The notes beneath the pieces are model-generated. The model did no database searches. It was not told where the DNA came from and worked only from the letters and a program-made list of their open reading frames with translations. Below are positions 36,570-46,083 of a stretch of 53,898 nt of DNA, in pieces (positions within the stretch are counted from its first letter, which is position 1; each line of letters begins with the position of its first letter). This DNA comes from a virus (lineage: Duplodnaviria; Caudoviricetes), in the IMG/VR virus record IMGVR_UViG_3300012663_001055, positions 1 to 53,898 of that record; one strand, written 5' to 3'. The position numbers and the translations under genes were made by a program.

Positions 36570-38654
36570 TTATATTGTTGTTACGTTAACTGTAACAGAA
36601 CCGATATCGTATGGGTCGATAGTGATAATCTTATTGAAAGATGATGTTAATAATTTTGTTGCTGGGTTAACTGTAATGGACAATTGACCTAATGGATCAT
36701 TAACATCCAATGGTGAGAAAGTATTGAGTGTCAATATACCTTCTTGGTAGTCAATTGTACCTGCATTTTCATTCAATACAACCTTAACAAAGTTGTTTGC
36801 ATCGTTGTAATATGTTCTCAACGAACCATAACGACCTTCTAGTGTTGCCACAGCAGATGCTGATTGACCACCTTTGTCGTTAACATCGTTAGTAATTTTT
36901 ACAATCGCACTTGTGTAACCAGTACCTTTTTTAGATACAATAATAGTTTTGATTGTGTTGTTAACGTCAAGTACAGCATATGCTTCTGCACCAGAACCAT
37001 CACCTTCAATGGTAATTTTTGGTGCATACAAGTAATTGTAACCTGCGTTCAACAATTGAATAGATTCAATACCACCAGTTGATGTTGGTATTTCTTCTAA
37101 GAATACACCATCAATTTCTAATGATGCATTAGATGGATTTCTAAACTTCATGGTTGGTGTACTAGAAATACCTGTGAGGAACAAACCTCTTTCAAGTGGC
37201 ACACCAAAGTTCATTGTGTATGTTTTAGGCACAGTCAAGTTCAAAATGATTTTCTTTTGAATTCTTAACGACACATCATTGGCCACAATAGACCTGTTGG
37301 AGTTTTGAATTGCATTAATTAACTCTGAATACTGGAACGTGGAGTTAAAAGTATTCAATGTTTTATCTGCAAATGCATACACCGCATCACTAATAATTTG
37401 TTTAATTTCTGCTGCTGTCGATGTGGTTTTCTTTGGATCGTATACAGCACTAACATTCAATTTTAAGTAAGTGTAATCTGGATCAACAATATTTGGTGTC
37501 ACAGTCAACACGGAGATTGGTTTAATAACTTCATTAATCAATCTTAATTTTTGTGTGTCTGTCAATAAGTAAGAACCTCTTGGCTTCAATGCAACAAATA
37601 CTTGACCATAAGATGGTGTTGCATTGTCTTGACCACCCCATACACTCACTGCTTCGATAGGAATATCTAAACTGTTTTGTTGAATTGCAGTAATGTAGTC
37701 GTCTTTTGTTACTGCACGGCGCTGTGCTGAGTATGCCTTAGGTGCTTGATATTTAATCGAATCAATAGATTCTTTATCTGAACCTTTGGTTGTTGATGAG
37801 ATACTTGTAATGGTTGTGGAAGAATACCCACCAACTGGTTCTTGCAAAGTGAAATTGTTTGCACCAAATGAGCCAGAACCTTTTGTAATCAAGTAGTTAA
37901 CAGAAACAATGTTGCCGTCAACCAATGCTTTACCAAGAGTGCCATCACCAAAATATACCTCATAGTTACCATTCAATCCTTCTTGTAAGAAGTATACCTT
38001 AGATGTGTTTGTCAAATAAAGATTGTCTGATGCTAGACTATAAATTTCTGCATAGTTGTTTGAAGATGATTGTCTTACTGATATAGTGAGTGTTGTTGTA
38101 TCAATATTAGAATCAGGCAATTCAAATAGAGTTTTTGGATTTGCCGTGGTGTCTACTGTATATGCATACGTTACAGGTTCACCTTGTTTCAACACTACTT
38201 CATTGAAGGTTGCAGTGTGTGCAATCAAATCAGTTTCAATGGTTGCGGAAGAAGTGGTGACAAAAGTATAGTTAACTCCGTCAATGGCTTCTGAAATAAA
38301 CCTTGTGTTCTTTGGTAGTGTTAGTGTTGTATCATATACATTGTTGAACACCACATTGACTCTGGCTGATGGTGCCAGTGCAGATTTTGGTACGTAGTTC
38401 AACAACTTTGCATGTGAAACTACTGAACTTCTTTTCAGTGCGGTGTCCATGAACATTTCATTTGCGACCATGTTCAAGTAATATGCATTGAATTGTGTGT
38501 TGACTGCTAAAACATCCAACAATACAGAAAGTGCTGAACCTTCATAGTTGTAATCTTTTAGTGTGTCCTGAGATTTCAGAAATGTTTTTAAACTGCCTTT
38601 GATGGAGTCAAAATCTAAGTCTGTTAATTGGATTGAGGAATTTGCACCCGCCAT
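36570..38654 (-). CDS. gp6: Baseplate wedge subunit, gp6
   Basis: LDFDSIK..LK.FL, DYNYEGS.LSVLLDVLA.NT, SVVSHAK.LNY.PKS, YEVYFGDG, ES..SIK..AP..YSAQ.RAVT..DY. Confidence 0.95.
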   Translation of the reverse strand: MAGANSSIQLTDLDFDSIKGSLKTFLKSQDTLKDYNYEGSALSVLLDVLAVNTQFNAYYLNMVANEMFMDTALKRSSVVSHAKLLNYVPKSALAPSARVNVVFNNVYDTTLTLPKNTRFISEAIDGVNYTFVTTSSATIETDLIAHTATFNEVVLKQGEPVTYAYTVDTTANPKTLFELPDSNIDTTTLTISVRQSSSNNYAEIYSLASDNLYLTNTSKVYFLQEGLNGNYEVYFGDGTLGKALVDGNIVSVNYLITKGSGSFGANNFTLQEPVGGYSSTTITSISSTTKGSDKESIDSIKYQAPKAYSAQRRAVTKDDYITAIQQNSLDIPIEAVSVWGGQDNATPSYGQVFVALKPRGSYLLTDTQKLRLINEVIKPISVLTVTPNIVDPDYTYLKLNVSAVYDPKKTTSTAAEIKQIISDAVYAFADKTLNTFNSTFQYSELINAIQNSNRSIVANDVSLRIQKKIILNLTVPKTYTMNFGVPLERGLFLTGISSTPTMKFRNPSNASLEIDGVFLEEIPTSTGGIESIQLLNAGYNYLYAPKITIEGDGSGAEAYAVLDVNNTIKTIIVSKKGTGYTSAIVKITNDVNDKGGQSASAVATLEGRYGSLRTYYNDANNFVKVVLNENAGTIDYQEGILTLNTFSPLDVNDPLGQLSITVNPATKLLTSSFNKIITIDPYDIGSVTVNVTTI

Positions 38655-38655
38655 T

Positions 38656-39048
38656 TTATCTTGTTCTCTCTAAAAGAATTGTTGCTGTTGTAGCCATCGT
38701 AGCATTCTCAATAAAGAATGTGACTGTCACATAATATGCATTTTTAGTTTCGTCTGCACTAACCTTCACACTTTGTAGTCTGGCTCTTGGTTCATAATTG
38801 TTTATGATATTATATACTTGTGTTTCCACATAAGATGCCATGGAAGGTGAAACGTTTTCAAACAAAACGGCTTCTAATTGATTACCCAAATCTGGATTAA
38901 AAGGTCTATCGTAGTGTGTTGTTTGTAACAAGTTTCTAATGGAACGAATTACTGCCTGAGTATCATAACTCAGTGACACATCTCCAACCACCGGTTTCTT
39001 GGTGAAAGTGAAGTCTATATCAGAGTATATTTTTTGTAGTGTGGCCAT
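38656..39048 (-). CDS. gp25: Baseplate wedge subunit, gp25
   Basis: YSDID, AVIRSIRNL..T...RPFNP.LG, NYEPR. Confidence 0.93.
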   Translation of the reverse strand: MATLQKIYSDIDFTFTKKPVVGDVSLSYDTQAVIRSIRNLLQTTHYDRPFNPDLGNQLEAVLFENVSPSMASYVETQVYNIINNYEPRARLQSVKVSADETKNAYYVTVTFFIENATMATTATILLERTR

Positions 39049-39052
39049 CTTT

Positions 39053-39060
39053 TATTTATA
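39053..39060 (-). promoter_or_regulatory. T4-type late promoter TATAAATA
   Basis: Exact consensus, 4 nt upstream of the gp25 ATG. Confidence 0.75.
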
Positions 39061-39138
39061 CGCTAGGAGTGGATTCGCTTTTTGGACTTTTGGAGCTGTC
39101 GGAGAAAATTCTTGAGCCGGAACACAAAATTTCGAATT

Positions 39139-39966
39139 TTAGGAATTGAGTCTGGACAACAATTTGTCAGAGCCGATGAAATTTGTCAGTAAATACGTTT
39201 CAGACGAACCCATGCGATTAAACTGTTTAACTGTGTGGTAGTCATTTAACACAGACTGTGAATTGTAATAAAAGTTCTCATCCGAAACTCTGCGGCCGTC
39301 CATTATACCAATAATTGCATATAAATTGTTGGTAAATGTCACAATTTGAGAATTTGACAGGTTTGTTGACCATGTGGTGGTCACAATACCACCACCGTCA
39401 GTTACACTATTTGAACTAATACTTGCCGCTATTGTTGCTGGATACACAATAATAGTGTTATACAAGGCATTTAGTTGGTTCGCAGTCGTTAAACTTGTGA
39501 AATTACCCATTATAGTTGAATTATTTGTAATTCCATCAGATTGACTGGTCAAATACAACAACATTTGACCGTTATTGAGAGCGGAAGCCAAATGTGGTAA
39601 CGTGGAAGTAGTTGCCAATGGCTTCACTACACCAGATATTCTATCGGTGTGTAGTTGAAAGTTTTTGGCTGTTGACGATGCAATAGTGTTTGCTGCAACG
39701 TACAAATAATTCAGGTTTGCGACACTTGTTATACCACTAATAGCAATAATGCTGTTGGCCGTAGACCAAATACCTCTATTTACTGTATCTACTGGATTCT
39801 TGTAATAACCAGAAGTATTGGCATCAGCGATATCCTTCAATTGCCAATCATTATCCACCAATTTTGGCAGTGTTTTTACAAAATTGTTTGCTGATGCAGA
39901 TAAATCAGTTACATTATTACTTTGGTAAGTCGAATCATAACCTAATCTGCCATAAATCGTATTCAT
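39139..39966 (-). CDS. Hypothetical protein (275 aa) in the gp5-gp25 interval
   Basis: Long ORF with AAGGA RBS, co-oriented in the baseplate operon; no recognised motif. Confidence 0.7.
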   Translation of the reverse strand: MNTIYGRLGYDSTYQSNNVTDLSASANNFVKTLPKLVDNDWQLKDIADANTSGYYKNPVDTVNRGIWSTANSIIAISGITSVANLNYLYVAANTIASSTAKNFQLHTDRISGVVKPLATTSTLPHLASALNNGQMLLYLTSQSDGITNNSTIMGNFTSLTTANQLNALYNTIIVYPATIAASISSNSVTDGGGIVTTTWSTNLSNSQIVTFTNNLYAIIGIMDGRRVSDENFYYNSQSVLNDYHTVKQFNRMGSSETYLLTNFIGSDKLLSRLNS

Positions 39967-39977
39967 TAATTCATTCC

Positions 39978-40814
39978 TTAAATCATTGGACCAATTGCTG
40001 GTGACGTTGGACCATACGGTGCAATATGTATGTGTGTATCATATATTGCTGTGTTTATCACGTCCGTCATCAGAATTGATTCCATAACACCAAAACTACC
40101 GAGTGGAGCATTCATGGATGCACCTGCATTGATTGAAATGCCAGCAATAATGTTGGTCGAACAGATAATTTGTTGTGGTACTGCTGCAGGTATACCAACA
40201 GCCACACCGCCAAGCATTGTAACAAAACCTAATGGTCCTGCTCTCATGCCAGTACCTGCATCAACACGTGTTTCAGAAAATATTTTTGATGCTTGAATTT
40301 CACCGTCCACGGTCAAATCTGAATTCATGTGTACGTGACTACCGCATGAAATCATTAACGCACCGCCGCCAAAAGCACCAGCAGTAAGGTGCATATCTTG
40401 CACAGTGCTCATGTTAGTAATGCCTTCCACCACTTGGGTGAAATTACCTTTGATGTATTGTTCGTAGTTTCCGTCAATTTGTTCAATTTTGTCACCAATC
40501 ACATGCATAACACAGTCACCTTCTACGGTGATGTTCATTTTGCCTTTGACAAGAATGTTTCTGTCTTTGATTGTGATTTCATAACCATCACCATACACCT
40601 TATGTACCTCATCACCATTAGGATGCATTTCAATGAATGTTCCTGAACGGTGCGACAATCGTACACGTTCACGGTCACGTGTGTCATCCATTTCAAATAC
40701 GTGACCAGATTCGGTCTGCAACACGTGGTTGAATGGATATTTTGGTTGAAAATCGGTATTTGCAGCCGATTCAGGTTCTGTCCAACCTGTATAAAAACTT
40801 GGTTTATCTGCCAT
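39978..40814 (-). CDS. gp5: Baseplate spike, gp5 C-terminal part (beta-helix, HxH tip)
   Basis: YPFNHV..TESGH.FE.DDT...ER....HRSGTF.E.HP.G; V.GD/GN repeats; ends DTHIHIAPYGPTSP. Confidence 0.85.
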   Translation of the reverse strand: MADKPSFYTGWTEPESAANTDFQPKYPFNHVLQTESGHVFEMDDTRDRERVRLSHRSGTFIEMHPNGDEVHKVYGDGYEITIKDRNILVKGKMNITVEGDCVMHVIGDKIEQIDGNYEQYIKGNFTQVVEGITNMSTVQDMHLTAGAFGGGALMISCGSHVHMNSDLTVDGEIQASKIFSETRVDAGTGMRAGPLGFVTMLGGVAVGIPAAVPQQIICSTNIIAGISINAGASMNAPLGSFGVMESILMTDVINTAIYDTHIHIAPYGPTSPAIGPMI

Positions 40815-40826
40815 CGTATAGTTCCA

Positions 40827-41981
40827 TCAAGGAGATTGTAAAGCCAATCGAACGTATTGATTGTCTACTGTCGTTTGTTGTATTGCCAGATTGGCATTAT
40901 ATCTTTCAGTTTCGAAAAATATAGTTAAGGTGTCTGTTTGAGTCTGAGTTGGTGTTGTAGAATTCAAAATATCTTGCAATTCTGCTGGTAACGTGGTAGT
41001 TTCCTGTTCACCAATTTTATCATTAATTAATCCTTCAGCAACAGTTTTCAAATCCCCAACCGCTTGCTGAATTTCAGATGCAATTTGACCTGGAATTGCT
41101 TTAACTTGGTCTGCCAAGTTTGTGATGGAATTTTGGAAATCCAAAAGACATTGTTTTATCAATGCTTTGATTCTGTCTGGTAGACTGTTCAAATAATCAA
41201 TTAATTGTTTAATTTCTTGTACCAAATAGATATAAAATGCAATGTCTTCAATGTATTGGGCAATCTTCTTTATGTAATAGTTGATTGTGTTGATAATTTT
41301 TTTGGCTTGTGAGAAAGCATACGACCATTCACCACTAGGATCAAATCCAATGGCTTTCAGTATAGCTTTCAATGCGAGTCTTAGCTTATCATTAATTTGT
41401 TGTAGGAAACTGCGTATCAATGCTGCCGCCTTCAATTTGCCATTGCGGATGGCCTTTGAGAATTCTGCGGCAGGATTCAATAAACCACCAAATAAGAAAC
41501 TAAAATTAATTTGGAATTTAAAATCGCAAACGTGTTCTAAGTTGGCATTTGCACGTGCAATTGCACTGGCCTTCAATTCACCATATGCAGTCGGCGCAGT
41601 AGTTGGTTTGCCCAATTCACCACCCAACATGTCAGGTGACTTAGGATAATCTGCTATAGGTATTGTACTGCCAGATTTATCGGGTAATGTCGTATTAATA
41701 CCAGGCAACAATCCAGCCATAATTGGCACTTGACTGCTTTGTTGGTCCATAAAGAATCCCCAAACAAAATCACCTTCTTTTGGTGTATTGAACATTCGGG
41801 AACCATTAATTGATTCTGTCGCTGCCGTCCATGGCAAGCTTGCGGTTGGTAACTTGACTTTATCCTCGTCATGTAGACCAACAATTCTAACTTTACAACG
41901 ACCTAGTCTTAATGGGTCATTTCTATCTTCAATGACGCCCATCCACCAATTGAAATATTTTGCAAAAAAACCTTGACTCAT
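40827..41981 (-). CDS. gp5: Baseplate hub gp5 N-terminal OB-fold protein with a helical extension
   Basis: WWMGVIEDRNDPLRLGRCKVRIVGLH...LPWT...EGDFVWGFFMD...Q.P. Confidence 0.85.
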   Translation of the reverse strand: MSQGFFAKYFNWWMGVIEDRNDPLRLGRCKVRIVGLHDEDKVKLPTASLPWTAATESINGSRMFNTPKEGDFVWGFFMDQQSSQVPIMAGLLPGINTTLPDKSGSTIPIADYPKSPDMLGGELGKPTTAPTAYGELKASAIARANANLEHVCDFKFQINFSFLFGGLLNPAAEFSKAIRNGKLKAAALIRSFLQQINDKLRLALKAILKAIGFDPSGEWSYAFSQAKKIINTINYYIKKIAQYIEDIAFYIYLVQEIKQLIDYLNSLPDRIKALIKQCLLDFQNSITNLADQVKAIPGQIASEIQQAVGDLKTVAEGLINDKIGEQETTTLPAELQDILNSTTPTQTQTDTLTIFFETERYNANLAIQQTTVDNQYVRLALQSP

Positions 41982-43321
41982 GCTGTTATAACTCCATCTA
42001 TTACACCATCATTGTAATTTGGTGCTGAATATGCTTCTGCCACACTCTCTTTTGCTACTTCCAATACAGTTAAAAATACTGATGGTGCTTTGACTAAATG
42101 GTGTACGGCTGTCACCAAATATTTACCTGAATTATACTTATCACTCTCTTGGCCAATACCTTGAAGTGATGGTACTAAAAATTCTATTGTCATACCTGCT
42201 TGAATCTCTGTATCTCCAGGTATTAACAATTTTAATAGTGTGTAATTTGCTAATGCAATCTGAGCAATTCTATTTGGCACATAAGTTTCTGCTGCAATAT
42301 CATGTGCATCTGAACCTGGATTTTGTTTAATCCAATCTACTTCTTGGTGACTAGAATTGGAGAAAGTGATACTCACCACACTCTCAGGAGAACTCATCTC
42401 AGTATTGCCGAATCTATCTTTTAAACCAGTGAATGGTAAATTACCATTTAAAGTTTTAGAATCTTTTGAGTAAGTATCTAGGTTGAATGTATTAGACTTA
42501 ATTGTTCGTGTCAATGGGTCTATTGATATTACTTTGTTGGCAAAGGTGCCAGTACTTATATCATGCAATACATCAAAAGGTTTTATGAATTCATAATTCA
42601 AAACGGTTGTGTGTTGGTCTTCAAATTTTGTATCAGAAATGTTTTTTGCTTGGTATTTGTAAGTTGCATAAACATCTTGTGCATACATTGATTGAAGTGA
42701 TTTAAAATTATAACCTTTTTGAGTTTCATAAAAAATCATATCAGCACCTTTTGCACCTGTTGCTGCTGGCCGAGCATATATCGACAACCAGTTAATTGCT
42801 TCAAAAGGCTTCAAACGAGGAATGACAAAATCATACATTCCAGTTGTACTTTCAATTTTGTTTATTTTGTCAGTATCAACCTTCAATTCACTCAAAATGT
42901 CTTTGACCATAAAGTCAATTTTTTTACCACTATATGATTTCTTTATTTTTGTTTGTTCAGATAATACCATTTCTTGCGAACAGAAATGTAATTTGTAGGC
43001 AAAGGAGTTTCCACTTGACATTGGACCTAAATTGCCAACTTTAAAAAGTCTAAACGTTCTATTTAATCCTACCGGTGCACCTTCATATTTTCTCAAATCT
43101 ATTTGTATAAATTCGTTACCACGAACTTTTAATAGTTCTATGTAACCATATGAGTCCACAATATCTATACTGCCAGATACAGAATAACTATAAATGTCTT
43201 CAAAAAAAGAAAAACTCGTCACCAACAATTTAATGTCAATTTCACCCGAACCTGTTATAAGATTTGCGGCTTGTAAACTATATGATTGTGGATGATAAGC
43301 GCCTTGAAATAAATCGGCCAT
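41978..43321 (-). CDS. Baseplate hub protein (gp27/GPD-like position and motifs)
   Basis: FEDIY....SG.I...DS, PFEAINW, FYET..GYNFKSL, PGD....AG..I, SGKYLVTAVHH; between gp53 and gp5. Confidence 0.7.
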   Translation of the reverse strand: MADLFQGAYHPQSYSLQAANLITGSGEIDIKLLVTSFSFFEDIYSYSVSGSIDIVDSYGYIELLKVRGNEFIQIDLRKYEGAPVGLNRTFRLFKVGNLGPMSSGNSFAYKLHFCSQEMVLSEQTKIKKSYSGKKIDFMVKDILSELKVDTDKINKIESTTGMYDFVIPRLKPFEAINWLSIYARPAATGAKGADMIFYETQKGYNFKSLQSMYAQDVYATYKYQAKNISDTKFEDQHTTVLNYEFIKPFDVLHDISTGTFANKVISIDPLTRTIKSNTFNLDTYSKDSKTLNGNLPFTGLKDRFGNTEMSSPESVVSITFSNSSHQEVDWIKQNPGSDAHDIAAETYVPNRIAQIALANYTLLKLLIPGDTEIQAGMTIEFLVPSLQGIGQESDKYNSGKYLVTAVHHLVKAPSVFLTVLEVAKESVAEAYSAPNYNDGVIDGVITA

Positions 43322-43322
43322 A

Positions 43323-43919
43323 TTATTTACTCATTAAATTTTTAAATTCTTTTTCAATTTGATACACAAAATCAACATTCAAAATTTTGATAATTCTTTT
43401 AGAATCATTCAATTCACTTTCGTAATCATAATTTGACACCATTCTTTTTGTTATGATTGATTTAACATCACCAGTTGGTAATGAATATGTTCGTTCACTT
43501 TCGAGTGTTGTATTGAATGTTGATTGGTCTGTTACGATTACATCTTTGGTTAATGTTCCACTACCAAAATCGTATGTTGAAATTATCTTTTCATAGTGAT
43601 GTGGCAAATTTCTTTGTTGATTGGTATATTTTGATTGAATGAATCTTTCGAATGTTGCACCGTTCATTGGCCAATCCCATTGAGGATCAACAATTTCATT
43701 CGCCAATAATACTATCCAAAAACGATATGGATCATTGTAATATTTGTGTGCAATGATTTCCGGTGTATCATCTTCTTTCACATCATATGTATAATACAAC
43801 ATAGGATTTTGCAAAATTTTAGATTTAATTGTTGCACGAGTTGTTAAATCCGTCAACATTGATGAATAACCATACTCATCAGTTCTTATTATTTTTGGTA
43901 GATTGGAAAAATATTTCAT
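43323..43919 (-). CDS. gp53: Baseplate wedge subunit, gp53
   Basis: MKYFSNLP, Y.V...DTPE.IA.KYY......WIVLL.N.I.DP..DWP, NYDYE..LN..KR.IKIL. Confidence 0.9.
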   Translation of the reverse strand: MKYFSNLPKIIRTDEYGYSSMLTDLTTRATIKSKILQNPMLYYTYDVKEDDTPEIIAHKYYNDPYRFWIVLLANEIVDPQWDWPMNGATFERFIQSKYTNQQRNLPHHYEKIISTYDFGSGTLTKDVIVTDQSTFNTTLESERTYSLPTGDVKSIITKRMVSNYDYESELNDSKRIIKILNVDFVYQIEKEFKNLMSK

Positions 43920-44981
43920 TTAATATCCGTGTGTTCCTCGAGCCTGACCTGCAATAGTTCCCGATTCTGGTGAACTGGTTGGATCAATGTCGGTTGAATC
44001 TATGATTTCTATTTCTTTGAAACCTATTGTTAAAACAGTTTGTACAGGCATACCATCATTATGTGTTGCGTATCCGTTTGGTGCATAATTCACATCAATA
44101 CTTTCAATTACAGACCTTTTCAATCTACTGATATTTTCATTAACTGCACCATCAAATCTGAATGATATATCAAAAACACCAGGTGGCACCATTAAGAAAC
44201 CAGCAGTACCGTTTACAATTGTTGGAGAAGCATATCGCTTAAATGTTTGTATAATTTTACCTACTTCATCTGCTTCTTTTTGTGAGTGTGGAGTAAAAAC
44301 AAAAGACATTTGATATGTTCTAAAATCAACGCCACGGAACAATAATTGTTGTTGTGGGTTAATTGCATAACCTGCTGACTGCATACCCAATCTAGCCAAA
44401 TCTTTAACACCAGGAATAGAAGCTATCGCACCTTTTAGACGACCGATACCAGGTAATTTATCCAATGCACCACTAATTGCATCTAAGGCTAATTCTGTTG
44501 CACTTAAATCATTGTATGAAAAGTTATAGGTAAAATTTAAAGTTTCTGGTATGTAAAGTTCAATTTGAGTTGTTGTGTTGACTGGTGGAGCCATGAATTG
44601 CAATTTTCGTATATTACCCGAATCTGATTTTTGCATATTTGCAATTTGCGCTTCACCAAAATCAACAACAGAACCAGCAATACTACTAGCCTTTTCAGCC
44701 AAGGTGCTTCCACCAATTTCAAATTTGGCAGGTTGAATTCGGTATATGTTGAAATGTACGACATGACCTCTTTTACCACCAGCAGTACCTAAATCCAAAG
44801 GATATTTTAGTGTTTGTCCTTCATATTTGTTTTTGTCTAACGCACTTAATGAATTACTAACAGTATTAACCTGTTTTTGTGCAGCATTAACCGCAGTATT
44901 GAAAGCTGAATTGATTACTCGACCATATTGGTCGACAGTTCTACCAGCTTCATCCTTCATTTCTACGATTGTTGCAGCCAT
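43920..44981 (-). CDS. gp48: Baseplate tail-tube cap, gp48
   Basis: YPLDL, I.LYIP, AINP...LLF.GVDFR.Y...F.F.P.S..EA, I.VNYAPNG, L...FKE. Confidence 0.85.
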   Translation of the reverse strand: MAATIVEMKDEAGRTVDQYGRVINSAFNTAVNAAQKQVNTVSNSLSALDKNKYEGQTLKYPLDLGTAGGKRGHVVHFNIYRIQPAKFEIGGSTLAEKASSIAGSVVDFGEAQIANMQKSDSGNIRKLQFMAPPVNTTTQIELYIPETLNFTYNFSYNDLSATELALDAISGALDKLPGIGRLKGAIASIPGVKDLARLGMQSAGYAINPQQQLLFRGVDFRTYQMSFVFTPHSQKEADEVGKIIQTFKRYASPTIVNGTAGFLMVPPGVFDISFRFDGAVNENISRLKRSVIESIDVNYAPNGYATHNDGMPVQTVLTIGFKEIEIIDSTDIDPTSSPESGTIAGQARGTHGY

Positions 44982-45012
44982 TTATAATCTCTCTAAAAAG
45001 TGTTATACATAG

Positions 45013-45020
45013 TATTTATA
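45013..45020 (-). promoter_or_regulatory. T4-type late promoter TATAAATA for the gp48 operon
   Basis: Exact consensus in the divergent gp48/gp4 junction. Confidence 0.7.
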
Positions 45021-45454
45021 TGGCATATTCAGGATTATTTCGACCAACAAACCCCAAAAAATACGTAGGGGACTATAAAAACATTGTATATCGCTCTTCG
45101 TGGGAAGCAAGAGTGATGAATTGGCTCGACAAAAATCCAAGTGTGGTATCGTGGGCGTCAGAAGAATTGACGGTACCGTATATATCACCTGTTGACCAGA
45201 GATGGCACAGATACTTTCCAGATTTCTTAGTCAAAGTTCAGTCCAGAGATGGTTCAGTGAAGACTATGATGATTGAAGTCAAACCAAAATATCAAACCAA
45301 AGCGCCAGAACAAAAGAAACGAGTCACCAAAAGATATATTAATGAGGTGACAACATGGGGTGTCAATCAGGCCAAATGGAAAGCAGCAGAAGAATATTGC
45401 TTAGACCGTGGTTGGGAGTTTAAAATTGTCACAGAAGACCATCTAGGACTCTAA
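45020..45454 (+). CDS. gp4: Head completion protein gp4 (TnsA-like nuclease fold)
   Basis: MAYSG.F.P.NP.KY.GD...IVYRSSWE, WASEE..VPY.SP.D..HRYFPDF, IEVKP, NQAKW.AA. Confidence 0.93.
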   Translation: MAYSGLFRPTNPKKYVGDYKNIVYRSSWEARVMNWLDKNPSVVSWASEELTVPYISPVDQRWHRYFPDFLVKVQSRDGSVKTMMIEVKPKYQTKAPEQKKRVTKRYINEVTTWGVNQAKWKAAEEYCLDRGWEFKIVTEDHLGL

Positions 45455-45461
45455 CTAAATA
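45454..45461 (+). promoter_or_regulatory. Putative late promoter ACTAAATA for gp2
   Basis: Same variant as the other sites; 4 nt upstream of the gp2 ATG. Confidence 0.55.
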
Positions 45462-45465
45462 AGAG

Positions 45466-46083
45466 ATGACCAATCCATCCGTACTAACAACACTAACAGA
45501 CGAAAAGATTGCGGCTCAACATAAGACGATGAGCCGTGATTCAATACGTTGGTTAATGAAACGTATTGTAGAGTTGAGAAATCCTCTTGCAATGGTGAAA
45601 CCTTTAACCAGAGAAAAAGAACGTTTCACACGACCAAACGATAGACAAAAGTTTATGATTGGTGCGATGTACTTCTTTGTGTATGACCCAAAGGGTAAAG
45701 ATTCGTTACCATATTATGACAGATTCCCGTTGGTGATACCACTTAAACGTGAAGGTGATGGGTTCATGGGACTCAATATTCATTACTTACCACTCAAAAT
45801 GAGGGTATTGTTTATGAGAAAGTTGTTGCCACTTGCAATCTACAATGATGAAGATGAAATCAAACGTTTGCGTGTCACCTATCCAATCCTGGACGCCACC
45901 ATGCGTTACAAAGAGTTCAGACCTTGTGTACGTAAGTACCTTTATTCACATATGAGGTCTAGGATTCTAAAAGTGGAACCTATTGAGTGGGACGTTGCTA
46001 TGCACTTACCAATCCAACAATTTAAGAAAGCCAAACCACAAGAGATTTGGCAAGAAACTGTGCAAGAAATAAGGAATTCTTAA
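45466..46083 (+). CDS. gp2: DNA end protector protein gp2
   Basis: G.MYFF.YDPK.K..LPYYDRFPLV, GF.GLN.HYLP, PC...YL..H..S. Confidence 0.92.
   Translation: MTNPSVLTTLTDEKIAAQHKTMSRDSIRWLMKRIVELRNPLAMVKPLTREKERFTRPNDRQKFMIGAMYFFVYDPKGKDSLPYYDRFPLVIPLKREGDGFMGLNIHYLPLKMRVLFMRKLLPLAIYNDEDEIKRLRVTYPILDATMRYKEFRPCVRKYLYSHMRSRILKVEPIEWDVAMHLPIQQFKKAKPQEIWQETVQEIRNS

Noticed and set aside
1074-44827. Numerous short plus-strand and nested alternative-frame ORFs in the ORF track
   Set aside because: They are antisense or out-of-frame shadows of long genes with biased codon use; no RBS or recognisable motifs
44880-44945. TVDQYGRV motif at the gp48 N-terminus matching the fibre motif VDQYGRV
   Set aside because: Seven-residue match with no extended similarity; probably coincidental
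45020-45454. Tn7 TnsA transposase
   Set aside because: The fold is shared, but motifs and the gp48/gp4/gp2 synteny identify it as T4 gp4 head completion protein
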